Positions 25,925-37,315 of a DNA stretch of 64,000 nt are shown here, piece by piece. This DNA comes from Takakia lepidozioides. Taxonomy: Eukaryota > Plantae > Bryophyta. The stretch is taken from positions 93,000,001-93,064,000 of the forward strand of contig CM060731.1 of NCBI GenBank assembly GCA_030704615.1, read 5' to 3'. The position numbers and the translations under genes are program-made. The notes beneath the pieces were generated by a model that saw nothing but the letters and a program-made list of their open reading frames with translations, did not search any database and was not told the DNA's origin. Numbering within the stretch: position 1 is the first letter of the stretch; the number at the start of each line of letters is the position of its first letter.

Positions 25925-26640
25925 TTGTTGCATGCAGTACTTTGGAGAGGCCAAACACTGAATCTTCCAGTCAAATGGATATTGTCGGTGGAGGAAATCA
26001 TTAGGCCTCCTTTGGAATACGGCCACTGGTGGATGAATGAAGCTCTCCCAACAACAATTGCGTGGTGGACATTTGATTACATTAATTGTCTATGGGACGA
26101 TGGTAGACCAAGGCAACTCATTAGAAAATCCTTGAGCGAACCTCGTGCTTTGGAACAGAGTGACACAGGCACACTCCACCCTAAAGATGACGACATCATT
26201 TGCGAGGTGATATTGGGCAAACTAAGTGTCCGATTTTGCGATATTTTGCAATTTGTTCCCCATGGAGGTATGTTATTACCACGGCTGTACGATGGCGAGA
26301 GAATATCCGACACCACATTTCATCGATACTTAGACGTTTGGATATTTCTGGGCGACTGGCAGTTCCAAGGAGCGCGGCAAACAGCAGTAACAAATTTTCC
26401 ACCTTCCTGGGAATTTTCCACACGGAGCCTCTGGATCTCCTAGTATTCCATACATGGACGACCACAAACGTCTTGAGTCGAAGTCATGACAGTGCTCGAT
26501 CCATTCATGAGTACTTCAAGGAACCTATCTTTAAGGTATATTCTACGCATAAATTGTACCCTGGTAGTATATATCCTGAGTATATGAAGATAAAGTTGTA
26601 CGTTTCTGAAATTACCCTTCATTTTATTCTGTGTTAAAGG
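25925..26640 (+). pseudogene. Degenerate ORF of unknown product (weak resemblance to a Ulp1/C48 protease N-terminus)
   Basis: Overlapping ORFs 25925-26443 and 26200-26637; the 3' part is duplicated at ~27417-27660. Confidence 0.3.
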
Positions 26641-28314
26641 GATAGTGTTATGGGATCAATGTGACATAATGTATTTCGCTGGCGAATCCCGTGGCAGCAA
26701 TGAAACAGCGAAGTAACAAAATTGCATGGCCACATTGATCGATCGACTGATTTGTCATATATTCCGGAACAGGACTTACGAAACCTTAGATATGCCCAGT
26801 TCGATTTTTTTTTCTCTGATATGTGTTTCACAGGATATGTATGTCAGATGTTTTCTCATGGAGGTGTTTAATGTAGCTCCAATTTCCACATTTCAGTTGT
26901 TAGGAAGGATTGAGTAGCAAAACTCATTTCGATTTTATAAATGTTAAGTAAATTTTCATTCCCCTGGGAAACCCTTTATTATGCTTAACAATACAAGATT
27001 TGTGAACAAGTTTATTTCTCATTCTTTGTTTTGTTTATCTACTTAGATAAGCGAAAACTTTTTGAAGTTCCATAATAATCTAATGATTTCATTTCTCAAA
27101 CGATTCCTTCCATATGCAGTAATTTTCCAGTTGCATGCAATCGATTCGATTTAAGATTTTTGATAGGCACACAAATTTCCGGTTTTAATTTGCCCATGCG
27201 AAGATTTGTTTATGCTTTAATTTTAATATGTATGGATCATTTGTTTATGATCATGAGTTGTTTGATAAGATTCGCTAGCGAATCAAGTTACGATTTTGAT
27301 CACAATGTGTGCGTGGTAAAATATTCTATATAATTATTGGTTTTAATTAAATTCCTTGGTAGGATTCCATCGCCAATATATATTTTTATTTTTGGATTTT
27401 CATATTAGTGTTTTAGAGCATCTGGATCTCCTAGTATTCCATAGATGGACTACCACAAACGTGTTGAGTGGAAGTTAGGATAGTGCTCGTTGCAGTCATG
27501 AGCACATCAAGGAAGCTAACTTTAAGATATATTCTGTGCGGAAATGGTACGTTGGTAACATATATCGTGACTATATGAACATAGACCTGTATTTCCTGAA
27601 ATTACCCTTAATTATATTCTGCGCTAAAAGGATGGCTGTACAGGGAGCAATGTGAGTCAATGTATTTCGCTGGTGAATCACGTGGCAGCAATGAATTGGC
27701 GAGGTCATATAGTTGCGTGGTAACATTCATCGATCCACCGAGGTGTCTAAAATTGATGAAAATAAGTTACGCCTCACTTCGAATTTTTCCTGTATGATAT
27801 GTGCTTCAAAGAATATTTATGTCATATGTTTTTGGTTGGATGTGTTGTCCAATTAAAACATTTCCGAATCATGTAATATTTCCGATTTTTGGACGGACTA
27901 AGTAGCGAAAGTCATTTAATAAATGTCAAGTCAAGTGTAATTTCACCTTCGAAACCTATTAATATGTTTCAATTTTCCTGATTTGTGATTCAGTTTAGTT
28001 GTTTGAAGAGTTTCGCCAGCTAAAATCTGTTTAGATTATATAATTTTACTTATGTTTCTATTTCGCAAACGAAACCTTCTTTATGCACTATATTACGAGT
28101 TTACTGCAATTTCTTTGATTTTTTTATTTTTGAAAGGATTTGCTTGCTCAGAAATTACCGTTTAAATACATATTTGTCTCAAATTGATTTGCTCGTGCAA
28201 GGCTTTATTTCACAATCAATTTAAATATTTATGTGTCATTTTTTGGAGTTGGTTGGTAAAACTCTCCAGCGAATGTTCTGGCGATTTTGATCACAATATA
28301 TCAGTGGTATATTA

Positions 28315-28364
<50 letters not shown>

Positions 28365-29320
28365 GGGTTTTAATTATATTCTTCTCAAGGATTTGCTAGC
28401 AAATATCTTATTCGAATTGAATTTTAATATTAGTGCTTTATGATTCGCTGGCGAATATCTTATTCATATTGAATTTTCATATTAGTGCTTTATGATTCCC
28501 TTGCGAATACGTGTTACGAATTATATTTCAAGACAATATTTAATTTTGATTTTAAATATTGAGTTGAAGATAGATTTAATTTATTTGATTTATTATTTTT
28601 GATAGGATTTGCTGGCTCAAACATTCCCTGTTAAATAAATTTGTGTCGTTTATTAATTTGTTCCCGCTTGGTTTTATTAATTCATCAATATGCATAATTA
28701 TGGGTCATTATTTGGGAGTTCTTTGATAAGATTCGCCAGCGAATCTTCTGGTGATTTTGATCACAATATATCATTGGTTTATTATGATATATAAACCTAG
28801 TTTATAATTACATTCTTCTCAAGGCTTCGCAAGCGAATCTCTTATTCGAATTGAATTTTAATATTAATACTTTAGGATTTGCTAGCGAATATCTTTTACT
28901 AATTATATATTCAGACAATGTTTAATTTTAATTTTAAAATTTAAGATTAAAGGCAGATATAATTTATTTGATTTATTATTTTTGATAGGATTTGGAGGCT
29001 AAAAAATTACCACTTAGATTAATATTTGTCCCATATGAATTTTCTCCTACAAGTTTTTATCTATCCATCAATTTCCATATTTATGTGTCTTTTTTTTGGA
29101 GTTGTTTGATAAGATCCGCCAACGAATCTTGTTGTTATTTTGATCACAATATATCAGTGGTATAATATTATATATAATTATGGGTTATAATTACATTCTT
29201 CTCAAGGATTCGCTAGCGCTGAATTTTAATTGTAGTGGTTCAGGATTCGCTGGCGAATATCTTTTCCTAATTATATCTCAAGATAATATTATTTTAAAAT
29301 TTAAAATTTAAGATTAAAGG
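26427..29320. repeat. Diverged ~1-kb tandem duplication running into an AT-rich tandem repeat with a TTCGCTAGCGAA-type palindrome; (AT)n at ~28317-28362
   Basis: 26427 onward is similar to 27417 onward; recurring TTTTGATCACAATATATC and TTCGCNNGCGAA motifs, unit roughly 0.4 kb. Confidence 0.75.
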
Positions 29321-29637
29321 TATCTTACGTCCCTAACAGTGTGCGATTTTGGTTTGGTGTTCTGCAGTCCATCTTTGCTCTGTTTAGCTCGAACAGCCAT
29401 TTGGGCATTTGCTGCGCGTTCTTTGTTCATTCTTATTTCCATTCTTTCTTCATCATTCAGTTTGTGTTCAGCCCTTTAGCCTCATGAAGAGAACGGCGGG
29501 AGATGGTGCGTCTTCCTCATCCAAGAGGCCTGTCTACGTGATCCTATCAGACAGTGATTCCGACAATGAAACGGAGCAGATCGCGAAGGACGAGGTCATT
29601 GCGAGAGAGATGCTCCGGGAGGAGGCGCTCCTTTCTC

Positions 29638-30243
29638 TACAGACCTTTCATCTTGGATGTTGACTGGTCCATTAAAGGGGTGGGGGCAGTGTTGTCACAA
29701 AAGGAGTATAAAAAGGAGAGGGTAATTGCATATGCTAGTAAGGTACTATTAGATGCTCAGCGTAAGTATCACCCTATGGAGGGTGAATGCTATGCTTTGG
29801 TGTGGGGAGTATTACACTTTAGGCAGTACCTGTATGGAACCCCTTTTGTAATCAGAACTGATCACAAACCACTGGAGTGGTTGGCAACGGTAAGTGACGC
29901 ATATGGACGCAGGGGTAGATGGATCATGATGTTACGGGATTTTGAGTTTAAGATTGTTCATAGGGCGGGTGCTAGGCATGCTAACGTAGATGCACTAAGC
30001 AGGTATCCAATGGGACCAGCGGAGGAAACCGAGGAACTCCAGGTATACTCTACTTCCCTGTACAGTCAAAAAAGGGAGGGGAGAAAGAGGGATGGAGCCT
30101 ATCTTCTTAAACTAGAGTGGGACAGGGGTGCCATCCATGCTTCTCTATTTCAGTATGAAGAGGGTAAGGAAGAGTTGAGAGAAGAGGCTCATAGGCAAGT
30201 AGGGTACAGCAGTGAGAGAGGGGAAATGATTTGCAAGAGATAA
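29638..30243 (+). pseudogene. gypsy RNase H fragment
   Basis: RPFILDVDWSIKGVGAVLSQ, IAYASK, EGECYALVWG, IRTDHKPL, NVDALSR. Confidence 0.85.
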
Positions 30244-31528
30244 GAGTACTATGCATGTGTGTGGGGTCTTTGGCATTTCAAGGAGAGACTGTTGGGAAGT
30301 CATTTTTCTTTAGAGACAGATCTGGACCCATACTGGTGGCTATATTCAGAACACCACATTGGCACAGACTTGCTTGGTGACTTTTCATTTGAGTTCGTCC
30401 CTGGAATAGATAGATTTTCCACAAGTGGTGTGTTGACCAAGGGCTATGCTCATGGTATCCTGAAAGGAGAACTAAAGCCAGGTATCATGCCAGATAGGGA
30501 AGGAAAGAAGGTAACTTTTGCAGCCAAGAACCAAGAGAGGGGCATTAACCAATCAGCCTATATCAATCTGGTTGGGGGAGGTATTTGGAAGGATGTGGGT
30601 GCAAGAAGGCAGGTTGTTCCTGCAATCAGCAACAAGGAAGGGGCAGATCTCATGTTCTCATGTCCCACCATCCATGTGGTGACCCGAGGAGCTCATGCGA
30701 GGTTTACTATTTCATGAGCAGAAACCATGAGCCATGAGCCATGAGCCGCATGAGCCGCATGAGCGGTGAGCCGAAGTCTAAGACACGCGGATTTCATGAG
30801 CGGACTCCTCCAAATTTGGAAATGCGGCAGATTAAACAAGTATTAAAATAATAGTTTTATATTTGACCTTGCCGTTTTTGGAAGTTACAGATCCTGTAAT
30901 GCGGCGAAGATATGTCGTCAGTAACAACTCCGCTCATGGTTTTTTAGATCCGCTCATGGAAATGAGTCACCGTGCAACGAGAAATCCAGTATACCACGGC
31001 AAAAGGACGTCGCATACTGGCCTGTATAGAGTATTCCGCGGTTTTATATGCCTTAACATTGGAATGAAGCTGACCCTTTTGCTGCGACTGAACCAATAGA
31101 GTCTGCACAATTATGTCATCTTCCAGTATTCGGCGGGAAAGTTTTGCAAGTGAACTAGGAAATGCGGTGCCGCATTAGGGTTCGCACGTGCGAAATTTCT
31201 GGGCGGTTTGGTGTTGCTGACTGCCGCATCTACCAGTACCTACGACGTTACTTGGAAATGCGGCGCCGCATTTCCTTGCCGGGGGTCGAATGAGGAAAGC
31301 AAAGTTTGGGAGAGCAGAAAAACAGGAACCCTCCAACACACAAAAATACATGCACGTGGAAACACGAGTGAATGACATAGTATTATCGACGTTCGAGCAA
31401 AACAGGTTACTGGTAGGCAAGACATAAGTCGGACCTTTCTGTGGCCAGAGTCAGAGCTACTTGCAGCAGTACAGTTCTACTATCCGAAAAGGATGGGCGT
31501 ACCATTGTGTTGGGACCGCAAGCCAAGG

Positions 31529-34500
31529 TCATTGGTCCCCTGGATCCATATTCAGAAGAGTGTGCACCTCTTGGGGGCTCAACCCTGGTGCATGTATGAA
31601 GTGATGAGTTGTGGAATTACACCGGAGTCTCTTTAGGTACACGTAGTACAGATGCTTGCAAGGGCAGTATGATGCCCCCTTGTTCGCCATGATCTGAAAG
31701 TCGGTGCAATTGCAGGTGGGTAATTCTGAAATGGTGATGGTGTACACCTCATTGCGAACAGCTGAGCCTGCCGTGGCCATCTGATACACACGCCCGAAGC
31801 CTGGTGGTGGCACTTCTGTCGAGCTCTGGATTGTACAGTTCATCCGAAGTGCATTCCCCATCCTTGTCTCGTTCACTTTTGAGGGAGGTCGCCGCCTCTT
31901 CGGTTTCCCCCAACGGTGTGTAGGATGCTTAGAGCTGTCGGGTCCCATTGTTCTTGCTCTCACAGGGGTCGGTGGTGGAGGCTGTGGAAGCGGAAATGGT
32001 TGTCTGGGGACGTCAGTGCGCTGCACCATCCGAAATCCTGCGGCGGTAAGGGCGTCGGCCTCAACCTGACTCAGATCGCAGCCTGGTTCCACCGGCCACA
32101 CCGGGGGAGCTTCTGGCATTGTTTGTATGCCGTACTTGGGCTTTCCATACACGTAAGTCATAATGTCGTGCCTGCAGAACCAGAACTGGGTGGTTGTCGC
32201 CTCCGCAAATTTTGCATGGACAAATCTTCCTGTAAAAGTAGGAGCAGAGACAACACCATCTGGATTCCTCTTTATCATCTCTAAACAACGTTGCCGTGTA
32301 TCCACTCGAATTGCGGAATACCTGCCTCGAAACGACGGCTCTGTGCGAGCAATTCTCCACTGTGACGCAGACACAGTCGTCTCCACAATGGCTTGGCCAT
32401 ACTGCATAACAGGGGGCGGAATCTGGGGCAAGCGAGCGGTGGGAATTTCTCGCACGGAATCCCCGCTTGAAGGCGATGGCGATCTGGAATTTCTTGGGCT
32501 TCCACTGCTGGAAGACACATTGTGCGGCAACATGACGGGCCCTCGAGGTGCTGTCCGAATGTTCCTGTCGGATCTCCAAGAATCCTCTTCGCACCCGGGT
32601 TCCTCTCCAATCCTCCGCCTCACAGGGCGAGTACGGACGTCCCCCTCTAGGTGCTCACCTCTGCGGTGCAGAGGCGTCCCTTTGATCTTCTCTCGCAATG
32701 TTGTCGCCCATTTCAGTGGATTCTTCGACCTCGAAGCTGTTCGCACCAACAATTCCTCCCTGTCCGGCCCAAAGCCCCATTGTTTCCCGCTCAGGAACTT
32801 GTAGTACGTGGCTTGCTGCATGATTGCTCTGTCGATGTCCTCCGTTGTGGCCGTCACTACGTCCACCAGATGTGCGGCAGAAGACGCTCGCCAGGAGGAG
32901 TGCACTGATTCTGCCATATTCGTGTTCGGCATGTCCGTGTCGGAATCCAAGCACCGCTCCTACAAGGACACAAACAATGGTGAGAACCAATGGAAAGGTC
33001 CGTAATAGAAAGACAATTGCACGAAAATGACAGCATCATATCTCTCGCATGCACTGTCCGAACTGTCGATACCGGAAATGCCACCACCCCAACCAGCTGT
33101 GCAAGGCTCCCAGATTGGTTGTCTCCACTGCACCTGACGTGTTCCACCAAGCCTCGATGATAGCAAACTTAACCTCCGCGTCATCAAATGTGGGTGCATC
33201 CTTCCACGCCGTACAAAGGACACGGTGTTCAGCCTGGAATGAGCTAGCAACAAATTTGGTAGTGTAGTGGGATAGACTCTGCATCCAATGGAATCCACAG
33301 GATCTCTCTTTCCCCTCCATTGGAACATTGGGGTCCTCACCGTACACACGCCGCACCGCTGCCCAGTTGGCCTGAGCGTTGTCTGCCATGAATCCCCTGA
33401 AATTGGGCTCCGACAATCCCGCCCTTGCCATCTGCTCGTTTATGCCCTCCCACAGATGCATCTCCGACTGTGTGTCCTCCCCTTTCATCTCGCAGATTGC
33501 AATCGTCATGAGCCTCTTGGAGTGATAGTCATAACATGCGCACCCATAGTCACCCACTGATGGTTTGTAATTCGCTTGATGTGATCAAACATCACCCAAG
33601 CATTCGACAAGTTTTCAGTTGTCATGCGAGTGACCAAGTCGACTCCACTCCTAGGCCCACACGTCGACATTTTAAAAATGTAACAACGATCGGATTCGCT
33701 GCCTTGCCCTGGAAACCTGCTACCTTGGATGTAGTCATATCCAGTCATTCGTTTCACCTCCAAGATTGAGTGCATGTCCGACCCCCGGCCGAACTCCTGC
33801 TTGCAAGATACGATGTGATTCCGCACATTCGGACTACAAACGTGCGAGACGGACTCCAACAGGTCAAGCATCTCCTCTTCGTTCAAGGGCACTTGGTCTG
33901 AACCATCTTCAGACATGATTTTGCCAAGAGCAATCTTGTGGGCTGCCTTCATCTGCTTTGGTCTGGCTCCGGGGCTCAATTTCACCTCCTCTTTTATGAT
34001 GTCGTGTGCTTCCTGCACAACCTCATGCATGTTGCCTCTCGCCAAGGGGTGGCAGTGGACCCCAACGTGTATGCAAGCTCTAGTCAAGTCCGGGAGCAAA
34101 TGGATTACATATTGCTTGGCTCTGCACATGGACATGCACGTCGGTGGTTCTTTGCAATGTGCGCACTTGAAAGTACCCGCAGGAGCTTGGCTGGAGACAA
34201 TGAATGGATGATGCGTTGTGCCAGTCCAATCCGTCTCGTTTCTCCGCCCTCCTTTGGAAAGAAAGTGGAAGCAGGCGGGATTGAGGCACCTCAGCTTCCC
34301 CGCACAGAGGACGTATCGTACACGAACACCATCAGCAATTTTTGTGCTACTGGTCTTCGTCACACACCAGGGGTGTCCGTCATGCTTTCGATCCATGTCT
34401 GTTAACATCCCTGAGGCTTTGTTTGACGAAGTAACAGGTGGAAACTCGAAGATGACATTGCCATCAACTTCGGGAGGCAGATACGTTACCTTCCTGATCG

Positions 34501-35125
34501 GAAATTGGGCATAGTCGAGAGCAACCAGCTCGGAGCGAGAACCATCGAGGTGATGTTGCCATAGGAGCTGCACAATGGACCGGGTTGGAGTTATGCTCGA
34601 GGGTACATGCGTAGCACCTGCAGAGACGTCCATCTCGGATTTGAACGATCGTGTGGAGGACATGGGGACCTCAATGCACTCATCTTCATCGTCGGAAATG
34701 TCGAATACGTCCACACGAGAAGCTATGGAGGGTCTTGACGGTCCAGGTCGGGAATGATTATCGTTGCATACCTCTCTGTTGGCAGTGGCCGCCTGTCGGT
34801 TTCCGGACTCCTTTGTGGATGGTATGGGCAGCGACTTATTCGGAAAGGGAATGGGCATTCCCACAGCTCGGTACAAGATGGTGTCTGATGGGGGTACGTA
34901 CCATTCGATTCCGCAACCTCCGTCGTTACCTAGCACGACAATGGTCTCGTCAACCTGTCCAGGAACATCCTTCCTTTCTTCTTCCAAATAAACTGTGCCC
35001 GGTTTGAGCTTGAATTTGGAACAAAGGTAAGTTTCAGTCACTTTGCAAAGTCCTCCCTCGTTTGGGATCCAGGCTCTCCCAAGTTGCGGAGGACAGCAAA
35101 CTATAGCGTAGGAATTCGGAGCCAT
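31529..35125 (-). pseudogene. Nearly intact MULE transposase (GCM/WRKY-like, DDE, SWIM)
   Basis: ORFs 33506-35329, 33036-33557 and 31529-32950. 1-nt deletion at ~33532 relative to copy 2. Intron 32960-33041 has its donor changed from GT to AT. SWIM PTCNCTDF...CPCKH. Confidence 0.92.
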
Positions 35126-35497
35126 CGAACACCGCACCAAGTTGGCAAGTGCGAGGTTCAGTATAGCGACAGACGAAGGCTCACATGCACCATGCGGAGT
35201 CCATCGACGATTGGAAGTCGCACATTGAAGTGGAAAGTATAGTTTCAAGCTACATGCATGAAGGTGGGAGGTGTGATTCCATAGCCAGTAAGTTAGACAA
35301 TGATGGCTGAATCGGCGACGAAATAACATCTCCTGACAATTTCTCCTGAGGGTGGATCCAGCAGTATTCTCGGTGCAGACAGGAGCGTTCGCACTGACAA
35401 GTGCCAGGACTGTTAGTTAAAACAGTCAGACAACCAAGTTAGACTGGCTGCAATTCTGTTGTTTTGGAACAATGCAACCCATTCAGGTTCAGCATGC

Positions 35498-36714
35498 GGA
35501 AATGAGGTTTCAGATTTCCGTCCGGAGTGATTCTTTCGATTGCTGCTGGACGGAAATACGGCGCCGCATTTCTGTATTGCATCTTGGTCATGCACCAGAG
35601 CGACGGAAATGCGGCACCGAGTTTCCGTCCAGGGGAAACCTTTACACTCTCCAGAACGGAAATGCGGTAACGCATTTCCATCCAGCAAGCACGGTATGTG
35701 AAGGTGGAACGGAAATGCGGTACCGCATTTCCGTCCGAGTCGCACTTTCCGACATTCCAGAACGAAAATGCGGCGCCGCATTTCCATTTTGTATCTGATG
35801 CATGGAGCCGAGTGCAATTCCGACCGCTTGAGACATTCATACTATCCAGAACGGAAATGCGGTACCGCATTTCCGTTCTGACTGAAAATCGTGAACCATC
35901 GGAACTGAAATGCGGCAGCGCATTTCCATCCGAGTCGCACCTCCCTCACAAGCTAGAACGGAAATGCGGCACCGCATTTCCGTTCTTATGAAAAATCGTG
36001 AAACATCGGAACTGAAATGCGGTACAGCATTTCCGTCGGAGTCGCACCTTCCGACATTCCAAAACGGAAATGCGGCGCCGCATTTCCGTTTTGTATGTGA
36101 GGCATAGAGCTTTGGAACGAAAATGCGGCACCGCATTTCCGCCAGGGTCAGACCTTAATACTCTACAGAACGGAAATGCGGTACCGCATATCCGTTCTGA
36201 CTGAAAATCGTCAACAGCGGGAACAGAAATGCGTCGCAACTTCCGACATTCTAGAACGGAAATGCGGCGCCGCATTTCCGTTTTGTATATGAGGCTTGGA
36301 GTTGTGGGACGGAAATGCGGTGCTGCATTTCCATCCATATGAGACCTTCAAACTTTCCAGACCGGAAATGCGGCACCGCATTTCCGTTCATCAACTAAGG
36401 TATGTGAAGGGGGAACGGAAATGCGGTACCGCATTTCCGTTCAAATTGAAAATCATGAACCACGGGAACTGAAATACTGTGCCGCATTTCCGTCCGGATC
36501 GCACGTTTCGACATTCCTGAACGGAAATGTGGCGCCGCATTTCCCTTTTGTATCTCATACATGGAGTTGTGGGACGGAAATGCGGCACCGTATTTCCGTT
36601 CAACAACTAAGGTATGTGAAGGTGGAACGGAAATGCGGTGCCGCATTGTCTTCCAACACGCACAGATGTGTAGTTTTGTGATGGTACTTAACGGAAATGC
36701 GGCGCCGCATTCCA
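35498..36714. repeat. Type-B palindrome array of copy 3 (about 20 units, ~53-bp period)
   Basis: Sites at 35498, 35552, 35605, 35658, 35711, 35764 and onward; spacers are reverse complements of those in 6297-8450. Confidence 0.95.
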
Positions 36715-37315
36715 TTTTCACTCCAACTCCAAATTTGAACACGTGGAGCAACCGAATTGCGGCACATGTCTGCACTCTATCTGACTGAAGTGGCATGAGG
36801 CGGCACGGCCTGACCGTTGGATAATGATGTTTGTTTTTCGGACGGCAGGCATATCCTGAACGATTCGAATTTCGTAATGACGCAAAGTCCACGAGGAGAC
36901 ACTTTCCTCCAACCCTTTCGAACCCAAGTGGTGCATCACCGCCGTTTCATCTTCTTTTGTCGTGTCTCCTCAATCACCCCTCTCGCGCCCTTTCCATCTG
37001 CACTCTTCGCCCCTTTTCCCTGTCTCTGTTCTTCTTATGCTCGAACCTGAGAGGGAGGGAGTGCGTGCACCAGAGAAGAGACATCGTCGCAAGCTCCGAA
37101 AATTGTACTTCGGACGTAGGCCAATGCCGAAGGGGAGAAAGTAGATGCGTCTATAGGAGGAGATTGCCATCTTGCAGCATCAGACCACGCAGGCAACCCA
37201 GCCACCAGTGAGAGCTCCGTGCTATCGGGATTCACCAGCTGATCGAGCACCGAAACCCGCCTCATTTTTCTTCTGCAATTCTTAGACTGTATGCTAGGAG
37301 ACTTGACTGCAGAAG

